Notes: generated from the sequence alone by a model not told the origin. A DNA stretch of 64,000 nucleotides from Octopus vulgaris (GCA_951406725.2 OX597836.1:32860001-32924000); one strand, 5' to 3'; shown: positions 1-13,170, numbered from the stretch's first letter. Program-made: numbers and translations.

Positions 1-40
1 GGGAGCCACAGTCTGGTACTGCACCAAGGCATTTATTATC

Positions 41-620
41 ATTACCTCTGCCTTAGCGAAGGCAGAGGTATTGTTGTCAGTTGTGTTTGTTGGTGTGTTT
101 GTTTGTCTGTGGACAAGATATCTCAAGAACCGCTGGATGGATTCACATGAAACTTTCAGGGATGTTTGGCATTATGACTGGTACAAACTCATTAGATTTT
201 GGGATCAATCCAGTACCGGACTAGTATTTTGGATTATTTGTTATATTTACTTTACTTTACATGATTACGATCTTATGTTAACTCTCAAGTCTTTCCCAAT
301 TATCTCCCTTTAGACTGTAACTATTTTGAATTGTGAAGTTATTAACTTTGGCTTGTATTAGATAAGGATAAACTATTTATTACTGTTAGTAAATTTTCTG
401 CAGCTGCCTTCACATTTCATGATTACCATTGGGATCGACCAGGTACCGGACAAGGATTCTGGATTATTTTTCCTGTTTTTTTTTACTTAATTTTTGAGAG
501 CGGTCAGATTCATTTTTAGTATTCTCATTTGTGAGAGCAGTCGAGTTTATTTCTGATATTTTCATTTTAAAGAAGACGTTGGTGTTGCCTTGGCGGAGGT
601 TTGTGCTCTCTGAGTGCTCT
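41..620 (+). mobile_element. Helentron-associated non-autonomous element (HINE / DINE-1-like)
   Basis: 5' hairpin acctctgcc(44-52)/ggcagaggt(61-69), then a GTTT/GTCT microsatellite; 3' subterminal inverted copy ggcggaggt(592-600), then a short gtgctc-tct-gagtgc hairpin; T-rich flanks. This is the canonical HINE layout. Confidence 0.75.
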
Positions 621-774
621 TATTATTGTTGTTATTATTATTATTATTTTTATTACTATCATCATCATTATTATTCTGCTGAGGTTGACTTTGCCTTTCA
701 TCCTTTCAGGATCAATGCAAATGACAAGTACCCCCTCCCCTGAAATTTTATGCTTTCTGCCTAAAGTAGAACGG

Positions 775-1410
775 ATCATTATCATCATCCTCCTCATCAT
801 TGTCATTGTTGTCGTCATCATCCTCATCATCATTAACATTGTCTTCATCATCATCCTCATCATCACTATCATCATCGTTGTCATTGTCATCATTGTTGTT
901 GTCATCATCATCACCATCGTCATAGTCATCGTCATCATCATTGTTGTCATCATCCTCATCATCATTATCATTGTTTTCATCATCATCATCATCATCATCG
1001 TCATCATCATCATCATTATTATTCTCATCATCATCCTCATCATCATCAGTGTCATCATCATCGCCCTCATCATCATTATCATTTTCTTCATCATCATCGT
1101 CACCCCATCCTCTTCCTCCTCCTCCTCCTCAACATCATCATCACCACCATCATCGTCGTCATTGTCATCGTCATCATCGTCGTCATCATCATTGTTGTCA
1201 TCATCATCCTCATCATCATTATCATTGTTTTCAACATCATCATCACTACCATCATCGTCATCGTCATTGTTGTCATTATCACTCATCGTCATCCTCATCA
1301 TCATCAGTGTCGTCATCATAATCATCACCCTCATCACCATAATCATTTTATTCATCATCATCATCATCATCCCCCATCCTCCTCCTCATCATCATCATCA
1401 TGATCATTAT
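775..1410. repeat. Imperfect (CAT)n/(CCT)n trinucleotide array
   Basis: Seen directly; source of the poly-I/S/M/D ORFs. Confidence 0.95.
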
Positions 1411-1944
1411 AATTGTATGGATATTTTTGCACTCTTGACCCAAACTGCCCAATTTTTTTCTAACTTGTCCTTCTAATAAACCCCTCCATACAGTTGCCCG
1501 TGTGGCAAAATCAAAAAAAAAAAACACCATTGCTGTTGTTGTTGTTTTTGTTATCATTATTATTATTATTGCTTTGGGGTTTTGATTTTTTCCTTTTTCT
1601 TTTTTTTCTTTACTGACCTGCTTGTTTATTTATTTATATTCAACTGGGAATAAGATTATATTTCATTCTAAAAACATAACTGAATATAAAATGGGTTTTA
1701 TTTTTATTTTTTATTTTTGTTTTTGCATTAGTTGGTTTTACTGTTTTTTTTTTGTTAGGGATTTCTTTATATGTTTTTTTAATTCTCTGATAGAGTTCCT
1801 TCCTCTCCATCACTATCTTCTCTCTCTCTATCTTTCTTTCTCTCTCTCTGTATATCATTCACTCTCTCTTTGGAGTTCTTTTCTCTTTATCTTTGTATGT
1901 CTGGCTACTTCTTCCTTTTTTTTCTCCTGGTTCAGCAACGAAAG

Positions 1945-2410
1945 AAGAGAGAGAGAGAGAGAAAGAGAGAAGGAGACAGATAGACAGACAGAGTGAGAGA
2001 GACATAGGGAGAAAGAGTAAGAGAGAAAGAAAAGAGAAAGAGAGAGAGAAAAAGAGAGAAAGATAAATAGAGGGAGAAAGAGACAAACAGACAAAGAGAA
2101 AGAGAGAGAAAGAGGGAAAGTGAGAGAGAAAGATAAACAGAGTGAGAAATAGAGAGAGAAACAGTGAGAAAGAGAGAGATACAGACAAAAAGAAAGAAAG
2201 AGGGAGAGGGAGAGAGAAGGAGACAGACAAACAGAGTGAGAGAGACATAGGGAGAAAGAGTAAGAGAGAAAGAAAGAGAGAGAAAAAGAAACAGTGAGAG
2301 AGAAAGAAAGAGAAAGAAAAAGCGAGAAAGGTAGAGTGAGAAATAGAGAGAGAAACAGAATGAGAAAGAGAGAGAGAGAGAAAGAGAGAGGGAGAGAGAG
2401 AGAGAGAAGC
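1945..2410. repeat. (GA)-rich low-complexity tract with an internal ~60 bp duplication
   Basis: agaaggagacaga...gacatagggagaaagagtaagagagaaaga occurs at ~1967-2030 and again at ~2214-2275. Confidence 0.9.
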
Positions 2411-2769
2411 AGGGCAAAGTGTGTAGGGGTTTTGGTCCATCGTGTACAATGTAAAAAGCAAGCACACTGCAGCATGGTTGGGAATGGTCTGGCGTAATGC
2501 AGTGTGGTCGCCAATATTATATTGGAGAGAGAATAATAAACCAAACAACAGCAACAACAACAAATATAAATCAAGTAAAAAAAAAAAAAAAAGGTGGAAG
2601 GAAAAAATTCAGAATAGAAACAAAAAATGAAGAACTGAGGAACTGCAAAAATATATAAAAAGAAAAACAAAAAAGGAAAAATTAAGAAGAAAATCTACTT
2701 TAAAAAAATATGTGGAGAAAGTTGGTAGGGAAGAGGAGAGATTGAACTGACAATGACTGTTCGATTAAA

Positions 2770-3040
2770 AAATTCATTGTTATCGTCATCATCGTCATCA
2801 TCATCATCACCATCTTCATCATCAGCAGCAGCAGCAGTAGCACCATTACCTTTTCTGTCATCATCACTATCAATTTCTCCATTATCATCGTCATCATTGT
2901 CATTATTATCATCAACGTCATCATTAACATCATCATCACCATAACCATTATCATAATCATCGTCGTCATCACCACCATCATCATCAACACCACCACCCTC
3001 ATCCTCCTCATTCTCACCGTCATCCTCCTCATCATCATTA
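2770..3040. repeat. Imperfect (CAT)n array
   Basis: Seen directly. Confidence 0.9.
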
Positions 3041-3645
3041 TATATTTGACTCTGGTAGTGGAGAGACTTCATCCACTTTTTTTCCTTTGGCACACATTTT
3101 ATCTGTTCGGGCATAACGAAAAAGAAATTTTCTTTAAACTACTTGCAAAAAAATAAAAACAAAAAATAAAGAAAGGATTATAAATACCAAAGAAAGTTTG
3201 ACCTCAATACCCAGGAGGTACATAAAAAAGAAATGATTTGTTTTACAAACGTTTCTAATTCTATTCATTTGCATACAGTGTGTTTTCACATCCAAAATGG
3301 CTACTAAATATGTATATGCAACAGCGAATGCAAAACTAACATGAAATCAAAGGATACACCAGAATAAATAAAATGAAGGGTGAGGAATAAACAGTTTTTA
3401 GTGGACAATTAATAATAATATTAAAAAAAAAAACATTCCAAACACTCAAACAAGTAGTTTTGAAGATAGCCATAGGAACCACAACAGCAGCAGTGATTCT
3501 TGCATGGAATCAAACATTACAACTCATTCATATGGTAGCTGTGTCAAAGTGAACCTACTCTCAACACAAACTGAACAGAATTTTGTAAGGTCTGACAGTA
3601 TTTCATTGCTACATAATGTAATCCAGGAGATATAACAAAGAAGTA

Positions 3646-4010
3646 TTCAATTCAATTCAATTCAATTTTTATTGGCTCAAAAAGCAAAAGCAAGGCTATG
3701 TTAGGGGGACAGGGAGTTATGTACAGGGAGGGTGGTCATACAAAGAGTTCAGGCCATTTCTGGTCAAGAGAGACTTTGAACCGAGCGGTCGTCGGCATCT
3801 TCACTATCTCGTCCGGCAGCTTATTCCACGGATCCGCAACCCAGACGGAGAAAGCCCCTCTCCTTTGATTGAGATGAAATCGTTGTAGATAGAGCTTTTC
3901 AGAGTGACCCCACAGCCCACACTCTGGAGCAGGAGTGAAGAACAGCTCTTTCGAGAGGTTACACTTTCCGCTCTTTCGAGAAGAACAGCTCTTTCGAGAG
4001 GTTACACAAG
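3646..4010 (-). mobile_element. CR1/L2-type LINE 3' fragment
   Basis: Minus ORF ...GLWGHSEKLYLQRFHLNQRRGAFSVWVADPWNKLPDEIV...FKVSLD matches the CR1/L2 ORF2 C-terminus (RGH..KL...R..FS.RV...WN.LP); (TTGAA)n tail at 3646-3667. Confidence 0.85.
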
Positions 4011-5394
4011 TGAGAAGGTCGGTATGATCAAGACCCACATGTCATGACAAAACTGATGCTATAGCAGTATAATGTTTATAAAATCTGGGCCACTTGCTCA
4101 GTTCATCCTTGTCATGCCATCTGCACTACCTTCTCATTTCTTTATCATCGATCCCTTCATCACTTGTCTAAACACTACAGTATTCTGACGCTGCTTAAAT
4201 GAGAGCAGGACAACAAATTAGATGATCATCCTTTGTTGTGCTGTCACTCACCCATTTCCCTGAAACTTTTCTTTTGCCATCCATCCATCAGTCCTAAAAT
4301 GGCATACACACACAAGTGTGCATCATCACTTTGTTTCCTCACAACTTTCAAATGAGTTGAATTTGTTTCCTCATAACTTACATATGAATCAAATTCATTT
4401 CTTCATACCTTTCATAAAAATGGCTATCTTTTTAATGAAATTTTTTGAAAATACCTTTTAGATGGTGTAAATTACGATTATAAATTAAATTGTTGTGAAA
4501 ATGTTTTTGGAGGTGGTGAGAAAAGTTTCACATAATTCATACAAGTTGACTTTGTTTCCTCATAACTTTCGTAAAAATTGGTATTTTTCAATGAAATTTT
4601 CTACAAATATTTTTCAGATGTTATAGATTATAAAGGTATTAGAATTTAATGTGGAAATATTGCACATATACATACTGATACACATTACATATATATCCAC
4701 CCTCTCTGCTCATATTTTACACAGATCATCTTTCTTTGCTACCAAGTATTTCATTATCTCCCTTGAAACATTTGTTAATCCACCTAACATCACTGTACCT
4801 CTCTTACTTTCTCACATACTTGCAACCTAGTCATACGCTACGTATTGTCATCTCCCTTTCTCTCCTGCTTCACCTAACTACTATATTACTAGTAATCTAC
4901 TAGTCTTCACCTTTTTAATACTGCCAGTCATCACCTAACCTTTCCACTCTTCTCAGCTACATATATTTATCAACAACCACTTCTCCACCCTTGTCCAGTA
5001 ATCGCTCTTCAATCTTGTTTACTCTTCCCATAAACTCGTGCAACTTCTGCCCGGCCACATTACCCCCAACGTGCTTTTGCCTGAATCATACAAGCATGGA
5101 AAAGCAAATGTTAAAACAATGACAATGATGTTGTTATGTAAACTTTATATTTACTATATACGCATATATATGATATGTATGTGTTTGCATATACGCATGT
5201 GTGTGTGAGAGAGAGAGAGGGAGATATAGGGAGAAGAGAAAGACAGAGAAGAGAGAGCAAACAAATAACCCCATTAGTTGACAAATATTGTACAATGTCA
5301 AGACAAACTGTCATAAACATTCCCTCAAGCACAAACGTACTTATATATAGATGTATTATATACCTATTGATCTTTCTGTCAATGTAACTATCTA

Positions 5395-5485
5395 CCTATA
5401 TGTACGTGTATGTGTGTATATATATATATATGATATATATATATGATATATATATATATACATATATATATGTATGTGTATATAT

Positions 5486-5580
<95 letters not shown>

Positions 5581-5630
5581 CATATATATAATATATATAC
5601 TGTATATATATAATATATAATATATATATA

Positions 5631-5683
<53 letters not shown>

Positions 5684-5858
5684 CATACATACATATATAT
5701 CGATATATATATATGATATGTGTATATATATATATATATATTATATTTGTAAATGTATATACGTGTGGAATGAATATATATTATGTATATACATAGATGT
5801 GTGTGTGTGTGTGTGTGTATGTAAAGCAGTTACAGTAACCAACTAAGGGACAATATAT

Positions 5859-5909
<51 letters not shown>

Positions 5910-5940
5910 TATATGTGCAATTTATGTATGCATATATGTA
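5395..5940. repeat. (TA)n/(TG)n compound microsatellite (representative of dozens in the window)
   Basis: Seen directly; similar tracts at ~13620, 14850-15350, 21980-23110, 25240-26960, 29530-30330, 41180-41810, 46900-47310, 52430-52930, 56330-56710 and 62558-62720. Confidence 0.95.
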
Positions 5941-6507
5941 TTAAGTGCTCATACATTTTACATTTTAAAATGTATAACAATACCGAAAATGTACATTAGT
6001 AGCAGAATTATCGTAGTGAATAGATTCATATGTTAATGAGATTTTACATAGTGTTAAAAAAGACAAAGCTATCAGCTTTTGTCCAAGACGAAATTTCTAT
6101 TCCAAACAGTATTTTGTCTGTGTACTTATGCCACGCTTAATATTTATTCCTGATGTGTATTTGATTTGTGTTAAATATGTATAAAATTTATGTATAAATA
6201 CAAAGAGGTACTTCCCCACACACTCATCTACTACATGTACACACTCATACACACACACACACACATACATATGTGGTGTATGTGTGTGGGTGCATGTGTG
6301 TGTGTGTAATGCGAACCAGTGAGAACCAGTGCTGGTATGTTTACATCCCTGTAACTTAATGGTTCAGCAAAAGAGACCTATAGAGTGAGTACCAGGTTTT
6401 AAAAAAACAAGTACTACAGTCAACTAAGTACTAAGGTCAACTAAATTTTCAAGGCATTGCCCCAGCATGGCCGCAGTTGAGTGAAACAAGTAAAAGGTAA
6501 AGATATG

Positions 6508-7110
6508 TCATCATCATCATCATTTAACATCTGTTGTCCATGATGGCATGAGTCGGAAGGCTTAACCAGGGCTGGTAAGCTGAGGGGCTACACCAGCTTA
6601 CTAGCTGGCTGCCCTTCCTAATGCCAACCACTCTGAGAGTGTACTGGGTGCTTTTGCGTGCCACCAGCATTGGTGCCAGTGGCATGGAACCAATATCTGC
6701 CATGACTACAATTTCATTTGACTTGATGGGTCTTCTTCTCAAGTATGGCATTATGTCAAAAGGTCTTCATAATTTGTTATTGCCTACATGAGGCCCAACG
6801 CTTGAAAGGGGCATTTTACATGCCACTGGCATTGGCCACATCGCCTCCATGATGCCCAATGTGCAAGAGCTGCTTTTTACGTGCCACCAGCATGGATGCC
6901 AGGTACATGACACCAGCAACAGTCAAAACTATGATTTCAATTAGCTTGACTGGGTCTTCTCAAGTATGGCATATTACCATAGGTCTCAGTCACTTACCAT
7001 TGCCTTAAAGTTCAAAGATCATGCTTCACCACCTCATCCCATGTTTTCCTAGGTTGACTTCTACCACAGGTTCCCCGCCACAGTTAGAGATAGGTACTTC
7101 TTTACCTACT
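6508..7110 (-). mobile_element. RTE-clade LINE 3' end (degenerate ORF C-terminus, 3' UTR and (GAT)n tail)
   Basis: The minus strand near 7000-7110 reads TCGRSQPRKTWDEVVKHDL (RTE GRPRKTW motif), followed by the gttggcattaggaagggc... UTR and a gatgatgat tail. Confidence 0.75.
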
Positions 7111-7275
7111 TCGTTTTATTTTGAGCCTGGTACTTATTCTATCAGTCTTCTTTGCTGAACTGCTGGGTTATAGGGACGTAAACTCACCAACACTGGCTGT
7201 CAAGTGGTGGTGGTGGTGGTGGGGGACACAGATACAAAGACACACACACATGGTTATATACATATATATATGTAT

Positions 7276-7445
7276 AGGCGCAGGAGTGGCTGTGTGGTAA
7301 GTAGCTTGCTTACCAACCACATGGTTCCGGGTTCAGTCCCACTGCGTGGAATCTTGGGCAAGTGTCTTCTACTATAGCCTTGGGCTGACCAAAGTCTTGA
7401 GTGGATTTGGTAGGACAGAAACTGAAAGAAGCCCATCGTATATAT

Positions 7446-7501
<56 letters not shown>

Positions 7502-7720
7502 TTGTGTGTCTGTGTTTGTGTGTCTGTGTTTGTCCCCCCAACATCGCTTGACAACCGATGCTGGTGTGTTTATGTCCCCATAATGTAGCAGTTTGGCAAA
7601 AGAGACCGATAGAATAAATACTAGGCTTGCAAAAAATAAATCCTGGGGTTGATTTGCTCGACTAAAAGGCAGTGCTCCAGCATGGCCACAGTCAAATGAC
7701 TGAAACAAGAGTAAAGAGTA
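7276..7720 (+). mobile_element. tRNA-derived SINE family A (CORE-like), full length
   Basis: A box tggctgtgtgg, B box ggttcagtccc, CORE-like cttgggcaagtg, internal (TA)/(TG) tract, tail gaaacaag(t)aaaagag; many near-identical copies in the window. Confidence 0.85.
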
Positions 7721-7766
7721 TATTCTTGTACTTTGTTTTCTTTTTTGTATTCTACATCATCTACTG

Positions 7767-8015
7767 CAGTGGTTCCCCAAAGTGGACAGTACTGCCCCTA
7801 AGGAGAGGTGTTGAAGAAAAGTGTGGTAGTAAGGGGTGGCCAAAAAGGAGTGGGCAATGGATGTAAAATCAACCAAATAATGGATTAATTAGGTTAAGGT
7901 CAATTTGTAAAATAGAAACGTTTTGAATTTGCTTCAGAAAGGGATGAGGAGAGTGCTAAGAATTTGGCCCGGGGTACCAAGTGGGTGGCAGTCCAAGAAA
8001 GATTAGGGACCACTG
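7767..8015. mobile_element. hAT-type MITE
   Basis: TIRs cagtggttccc / gggaccactg; 8-bp TSD atctactg (7759-7766) / atttactg (8016-8023). Confidence 0.8.
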
Positions 8016-8342
8016 ATTTACTGTCTTCAACTATTTTCTGCTGTCTTCTACCCGACTGACCGGCATTGAAGTCCTACTTGACTCCCATAGATGACACTTG
8101 TCAGATCCGTCAAAAGTCAAACCTCCAGCGGCCATAAGAGAAAGATAAAAAAAAAAATTTCTTTTTTGCTTTCTCTTCATTGGAATTTAACACCTTATTA
8201 AACGAAAATACATTAATATCCCCCCATTGTACGCTCTATCATCAATCATCTATGTGCATGCATACACATGATACAGACTAAAGCATAACCATATATTATC
8301 TTATATATAGTTCAATATGTGTCATAGTGAAACCAGGGTACA

Positions 8343-8343
<1 letters not shown>

Positions 8344-8405
<62 letters not shown>

Positions 8406-8850
8406 ATCTATCTATTTATCCCTCTCTCTATCTCTCTCTGCCTTTGTCTCTCTCTCTCTCTCTGTCATTGTCTCTCTCTATCTATTTCTCTCTCACTTTC
8501 TCTCTATCTATCTATCTACCTATTTCTCTCTCTATCTCTCTATCTATTTATCCCTCTCTCTCTTTCTCTTTCTCTCCTTCTCTCCCTCTCTCTCCCTCTT
8601 TATCTATCTATCTATTTATCCCTTTTCTCTATCTCTCTCTGCTTTTGACTCTCTCTCCGTCTATCTTTGTCTCTCTCTCTCTTTCTCTTAAGCTATCTAT
8701 CTATCTACCTATTTCTCTCTCTATCTCTCTGTCTATCTATTTATCCCTCTCTCTCTCTCTCTCTTCTCTTTCTCTCCCTCTGTCCCTCTCTCTCCCTCTT
8801 TATCTGTCTATCTATATACCTGTCTGTCTACCTATCTTTCTCTTTCTCTC
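8344..8850. repeat. (CTAT)n/(CT)n compound microsatellite
   Basis: Seen directly. Confidence 0.95.
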
Positions 8851-9125
8851 TCACTCACGCCACAGGTAGTTAGAAGAAATTGGAAATAACTTGGTGGGTG
8901 GTCGAGACATTTTCTATTTTTCAATATTTCTGTTCATTTATTTTATTGACATGCGTTTTGTTTTCTATTTTTCTTTTTTTAATTTTATTACATGACTGTT
9001 ATTATTATTATTGTTGTTGTTGCTACTGTTGCTGTTGAGGTTGTCGTCATTGCTGTTGTTGTACACTTATCACACAAATGATAGTGTATACAATAAGGCT
9101 GATCATAATAATAATAAGAAGAAGA

Positions 9126-9159
<34 letters not shown>

Positions 9160-9363
9160 CAGAAGAAGAAGAAGAAGAAGAAGAAGGATGGTGATGACGA
9201 TGACAATAAAAACAAAAACGTGAAAAATATGTATATGTATGTGTGTGTGTATACATGTGTGTGTGTGTGTATGCGAGTGTCTATGTATATATTTAAATCT
9301 GTTTATATCTATCTATCTCTCTTGTATGTATAAATATATATATATATATATACATACATACAT

Positions 9364-9394
<31 letters not shown>

Positions 9395-9429
9395 TATATA
9401 TATATCGCTTCATCGGGGAATGATCTCCC

Positions 9430-9486
<57 letters not shown>

Positions 9487-9647
9487 TACGATAACTAGAC
9501 AGAGATATTAAAAACAATGTCTTGACCACCCGCCTCGCCTAATAATAGTGAATTTCTTTTTACTACCTCTGGGTAGTGAAGGAGATACAGAGAGAAAAAG
9601 CAGGGAGCAAGAGATGGAGAGAGTGAAAGAAAGAATGAAATGGGGTA

Positions 9648-9682
<35 letters not shown>

Positions 9683-9931
9683 ATGAGAGAGATGGTACCA
9701 TTGTTTTGCATGACATATATTCAAACTATAAAGAGGTTAGTGACCAGTTTCGCCCAGAAATAGGCTGACAGGTCGGTTAATGGTGGGTAAGTAACACAGT
9801 CATTTCTTCTGTTACAATAATATACATATGTATGTATATTATATAAAGGTTTTTCATTTTTGTTTTAAAGCCTAAAACAGTGGGTTCTGTGAGAAATGAT
9901 ATAAGTTAATGAGCTGTACTTTAACTTTGTG

Positions 9932-9969
9932 TTTCAATATTTTGGGCTTAGGATCCCTTCTTCAGGAAA
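9932..9969 (-). ncRNA. Degenerate minimal hammerhead ribozyme motif in a Penelope-like repeat
   Basis: Minus strand tttc-CTGAAGA-aggg-atcctaag-ccc-AAAA(GAAA mutated)-tatt-gaaa; helix I tttc/gaaa. Confidence 0.4.
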
Positions 9970-10066
9970 GATTAGGAGACAAGGTGTTGTGAACTGACTT
10001 CTCTGTTCTCTAGTGTGTTTTATCTCTTATAATTCACATTGTTTTGGCTTCAGAAAGAAATAAAAG

Positions 10067-10119
<53 letters not shown>

Positions 10120-10186
10120 ATAAGAGGTAATGGTGTCAGTAAGATCTAAAGGTGCCAGGTAATGCTGAGTAAGTGCTATGGATAGA

Positions 10187-10633
10187 GACTTCAAACTTGA
10201 AATATTCAAAGCCACAGTCGAACCAATCCTACTATATGGCTCAGAAACCTGGACGTTATCAAAGAAGCTTGAGAGGCGGTTGGATGGAACCTACACTCGC
10301 CTCCTTATGAGAGCTCAAAATCTCTCGTGGAGGCGCCATCCAACTAAAATGCAAATATATGGGAAATTACCACCTGTATCATCTCTTGTGAAGGGTAGGA
10401 GAGTCCAGTTTGCTGGACATTGTTGTAGAGCTGAAAAAGAAGTAATTTCTACTCTTCTCCTCTGGAAGCCATCTACTCGCAACACCAGAGGGCGCACACT
10501 CTCCTACCCTGATGTAATCTCCAGGGATACAGGCATCCAGCAACAGGACCTCCGTAATGCTATGATGGACCGTGAAGTCTGGCGCAACATGGTAAATTCC
10601 ATTGTCTCGACCACGGTCGAACAATGATGATGA
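10187..10633 (+). mobile_element. 5'-truncated RTE-clade LINE with an intact ORF2 C-terminus and TSD
   Basis: ORF 10178-10627 contains ILLYGSETW...RLLMRAQNLSW...RRVQFAGHCCR...DREVWR; (TGA)n tail; 13-bp TSD tgctatggataga at 10174-10186 and 10634-10646. Confidence 0.92.
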
Positions 10634-10714
10634 TGCTATGGATAGACCATAGTTAAGCTCCAGGTTCAGTGATTATGTGAATAAGGAGTCCAACATAGAT
10701 CATATATCAGCATG

Positions 10715-11250
10715 TGCATATATAATTTTTTTTTCGGAATGAGATAAAAAAACCAAGGCTGTGAAGATTTTAGAACATTTATAAATAGGTCTTACAGCTG
10801 TTTCCAGGATATTTGTTATATCCTTCATCAGAGATGGTGTGAGAAAATGGTTAAGCTATAATTAATTTAGATAAGATACAAAAATGCCATATCCCTGCAT
10901 ATCTCACATCTATTTTCATTCCTCCACTTCACTCTCTATTTCGTATCTTATCTAAATTTACTATTGCTTAACCATTTTCTCACACCATCTCCAATGAAGG
11001 GATATAATAAATATACAAGAAACAGCTGTAAAACCTATTTATAAATGTTCTAAAATCTTCACAGCCATGGTTTTTTTTTATCTCATTCTCATGAAAAAAT
11101 TATATATGTATATATCATTGTCATCATCACCATCTTCATTTAACATCCATCTTCCATGGAAACAGCTGTAAGACCTTCTATTTATAAATGTTCTAAAATC
11201 TTCACAGCCTTGGTTTTTTTATCTCATTCTGATAAAAAAAATTATATATA
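10715..11250. mobile_element. Penelope-like pseudo-LTR copies in inverted and tandem arrangement
   Basis: ~170-bp inverted arms at ~10715-10885 and ~10939-11108, a third partial copy at 11158-11245; each carries all or part of a hammerhead motif. Confidence 0.65.
10790..10834 (-). ncRNA. Minimal type-I hammerhead ribozyme motif
   Basis: Minus strand tct-CTGATGA-aggatat-aacaa-atatcct-g-GAA-ACAGCTGT-A-aga: conserved core, helix II, palindromic helix III (ACAGCTGT), GUA cleavage triplet, 3-bp helix I. Confidence 0.65.
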
Positions 11251-11265
11251 TATATATATATATAT

Positions 11266-11710
11266 ATCATTGTCATCATCATCATCTTTGTTTAACATCC
11301 ATCTTCCATGCATGCATGAGTAGGATGGTTCACAGGGGCTGGCCAGGTAGAAAAACTACCTTATGTCTGTTTTGGTAGGATTTTTATGGCTGGTTGCCCT
11401 TCCTAACACCAACCACTCAGCAGAGTGTATTCAGTGCTTTTCACGTGGCACTAGCACAGGTGAGGTTAGTTTTGGCATGATTTTTACAGCTGGATGCCTT
11501 TCCAAATGCCAACCACTTTACAGTTTGAACTGAATGCTTTTAACGTGGCACCAGCACTGGCAGGGTAACTAAGTAACTTGCAAGACAAGGAATTATAAGA
11601 GAGGCAGGAGAATTTGAGGAGGGGGAACTCATGTCAAAGGACGAAAGGTTAGAGGGTGACAAAGAGACAGAAAGGCAGAAACAGATGTCTTGCTATAACA
11701 TAGGGTACAT
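11266..11710 (-). mobile_element. RTE-type 3' UTR fragment with (GAT)n tail
   Basis: Same tttaacatcc...ccatgc...gcccttcctaa..ccaaccac motif as 6508-7110. Confidence 0.7.
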
Positions 11711-11917
11711 TGTAGGAGGTAATATAAAGTCAGAGTAATATTTTGATGAACTTTTATTTAACAAAAAGAAAAAATTCTAAATTCTAATATCATGACAAAT
11801 TGTTTGTAACTTAAAAACGTAAATAATTTATATTTTTATATCTACATCGTGAAGTGAAAAAAAGTCTTATCCTTTTCTCTTGTATATTACTAAATAATTT
11901 CTACAATGATACATTAA

Positions 11918-12138
11918 CCCTTTCGTTACCATATTTATTCTGAGATGCTCTGTGTTTCTTTCAATTACTTTAAATATAACAAGCAATTTAATAAAATAAC
12001 TTAGTTATCATTAAGCTAGTGGTAGGAACATAAATTGTGACTAACATTTGGTGGAAGATTTTAATTCAAAACTTATGGAAAGAAGTCATTTGTACAACAG
12101 AGCCAGAGACGGTTTCAGCTGGGTTCGTATAGAAAGGG
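11918..12138. mobile_element. piggyBac-type MITE
   Basis: TTAA at 11914-11917 and 12139-12142; TIRs ccctttc / gaaaggg. Confidence 0.8.
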
Positions 12139-12229
12139 TTAAGGAGCTTTCTTTATGAGTATTACCTGATTACTTGAATATATATATTGTGACTTAAATA
12201 TATATTTATATAGATTAATATATATTACA

Positions 12230-12645
12230 TAGGCACAAAGGTGTCACTGTGAGGTTAACAATCTTGCTTCCCAACCATGTGGCTTTGGGTTCAGTCCTAC
12301 TGTGTGGCACAGTCTCAGACTGACCAAAGCCTTGACAGACAGAAATGGAAAAAAGCTCAACATATGTATGTGTGTGTTTGTGTATGTGTCTGTGTGTGTC
12401 TGTGTGTGTGTCTATATCTGTACATGTGTGTATGTGTATGTTCCTTGTGATTGTTTATTACCCTGTGGTTGCTTGACAACTGGTGTTGGTTTGTTTCCAT
12501 CTCTGTACATTAGCAGTTCAGCCAAAGATACAAATAGTACAAGTACCAGACTTACAAAAACAAAAAGTGTTGGAGTTGGTTAAACTCTTCAAGGCAGTGC
12601 TCCAGCATAGCCACAGTTCAATGACTGAAACAAGGAAAAAACAAA
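12230..12645 (+). mobile_element. SINE family A, diverged copy
   Basis: Head, internal TG tract and tail are similar to 7276-7720. Confidence 0.7.
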
Positions 12646-12968
12646 AGACCATATTACATTTCATATATATTAAATGTTACCGCTTGACACACGTGCTTTG
12701 CCCTAGATTTTATCCCACCTGACTGGAATGTTTACTGTTCTACCAGTCTGATGACCCAGCCATTGTCAAAATCCTCAACATTGAGGACCCACTAAGTTAT
12801 GGATTATCTTGTGCTAGTAGGCAATGGCACTATGACATCAACAGAAACTCTCTGATGGTCAACAGGTGTGGTCACACTTTCGTAGGTGTGTTTAATGCTT
12901 ATGTTACCATTTTTCTTTCAAGCTCACAGCTGTTGATCCAGTTAAATCTGAAAATAATAAAAACTTTG

Positions 12969-13170
12969 TAGGAGTGGCTGTGTGGTAAGTAGTTTGCTTA
13001 CCAACTACATGGTCCCAGGTTCATTTCCACTGTGTGGCACCTTGGGCAAATGTCTTCTACTATAGCCTCAGGCTGACCAAAGCCTTGTGAGTGGATTTGG
13101 TAGATGGAAACTGAAAGAAGCCCATCGTATGTATGTATATATATATATGTTTGTGTGTCTGTGTTTGTCG
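12969..13170 (+). mobile_element. SINE family A, 5' half
   Basis: ggagtggctgtgtggtaagtag...gaaactgaaagaagccc. Confidence 0.8.

Noticed and set aside
567-1476. 267- and 291-aa ORFs rich in M/D or I/S
   Set aside because: Translations of an imperfect (CAT)n array, open on both strands, with no domain or splice support.
1855-2670. Long Leu/Ser/Phe ORFs that look membrane-like
   Set aside because: Products of (CT)n/(GA)n low complexity.
2695-3114. 139-aa acidic ORF
   Set aside because: Mostly (GAT)n; the unique ends resemble nothing I recognise.
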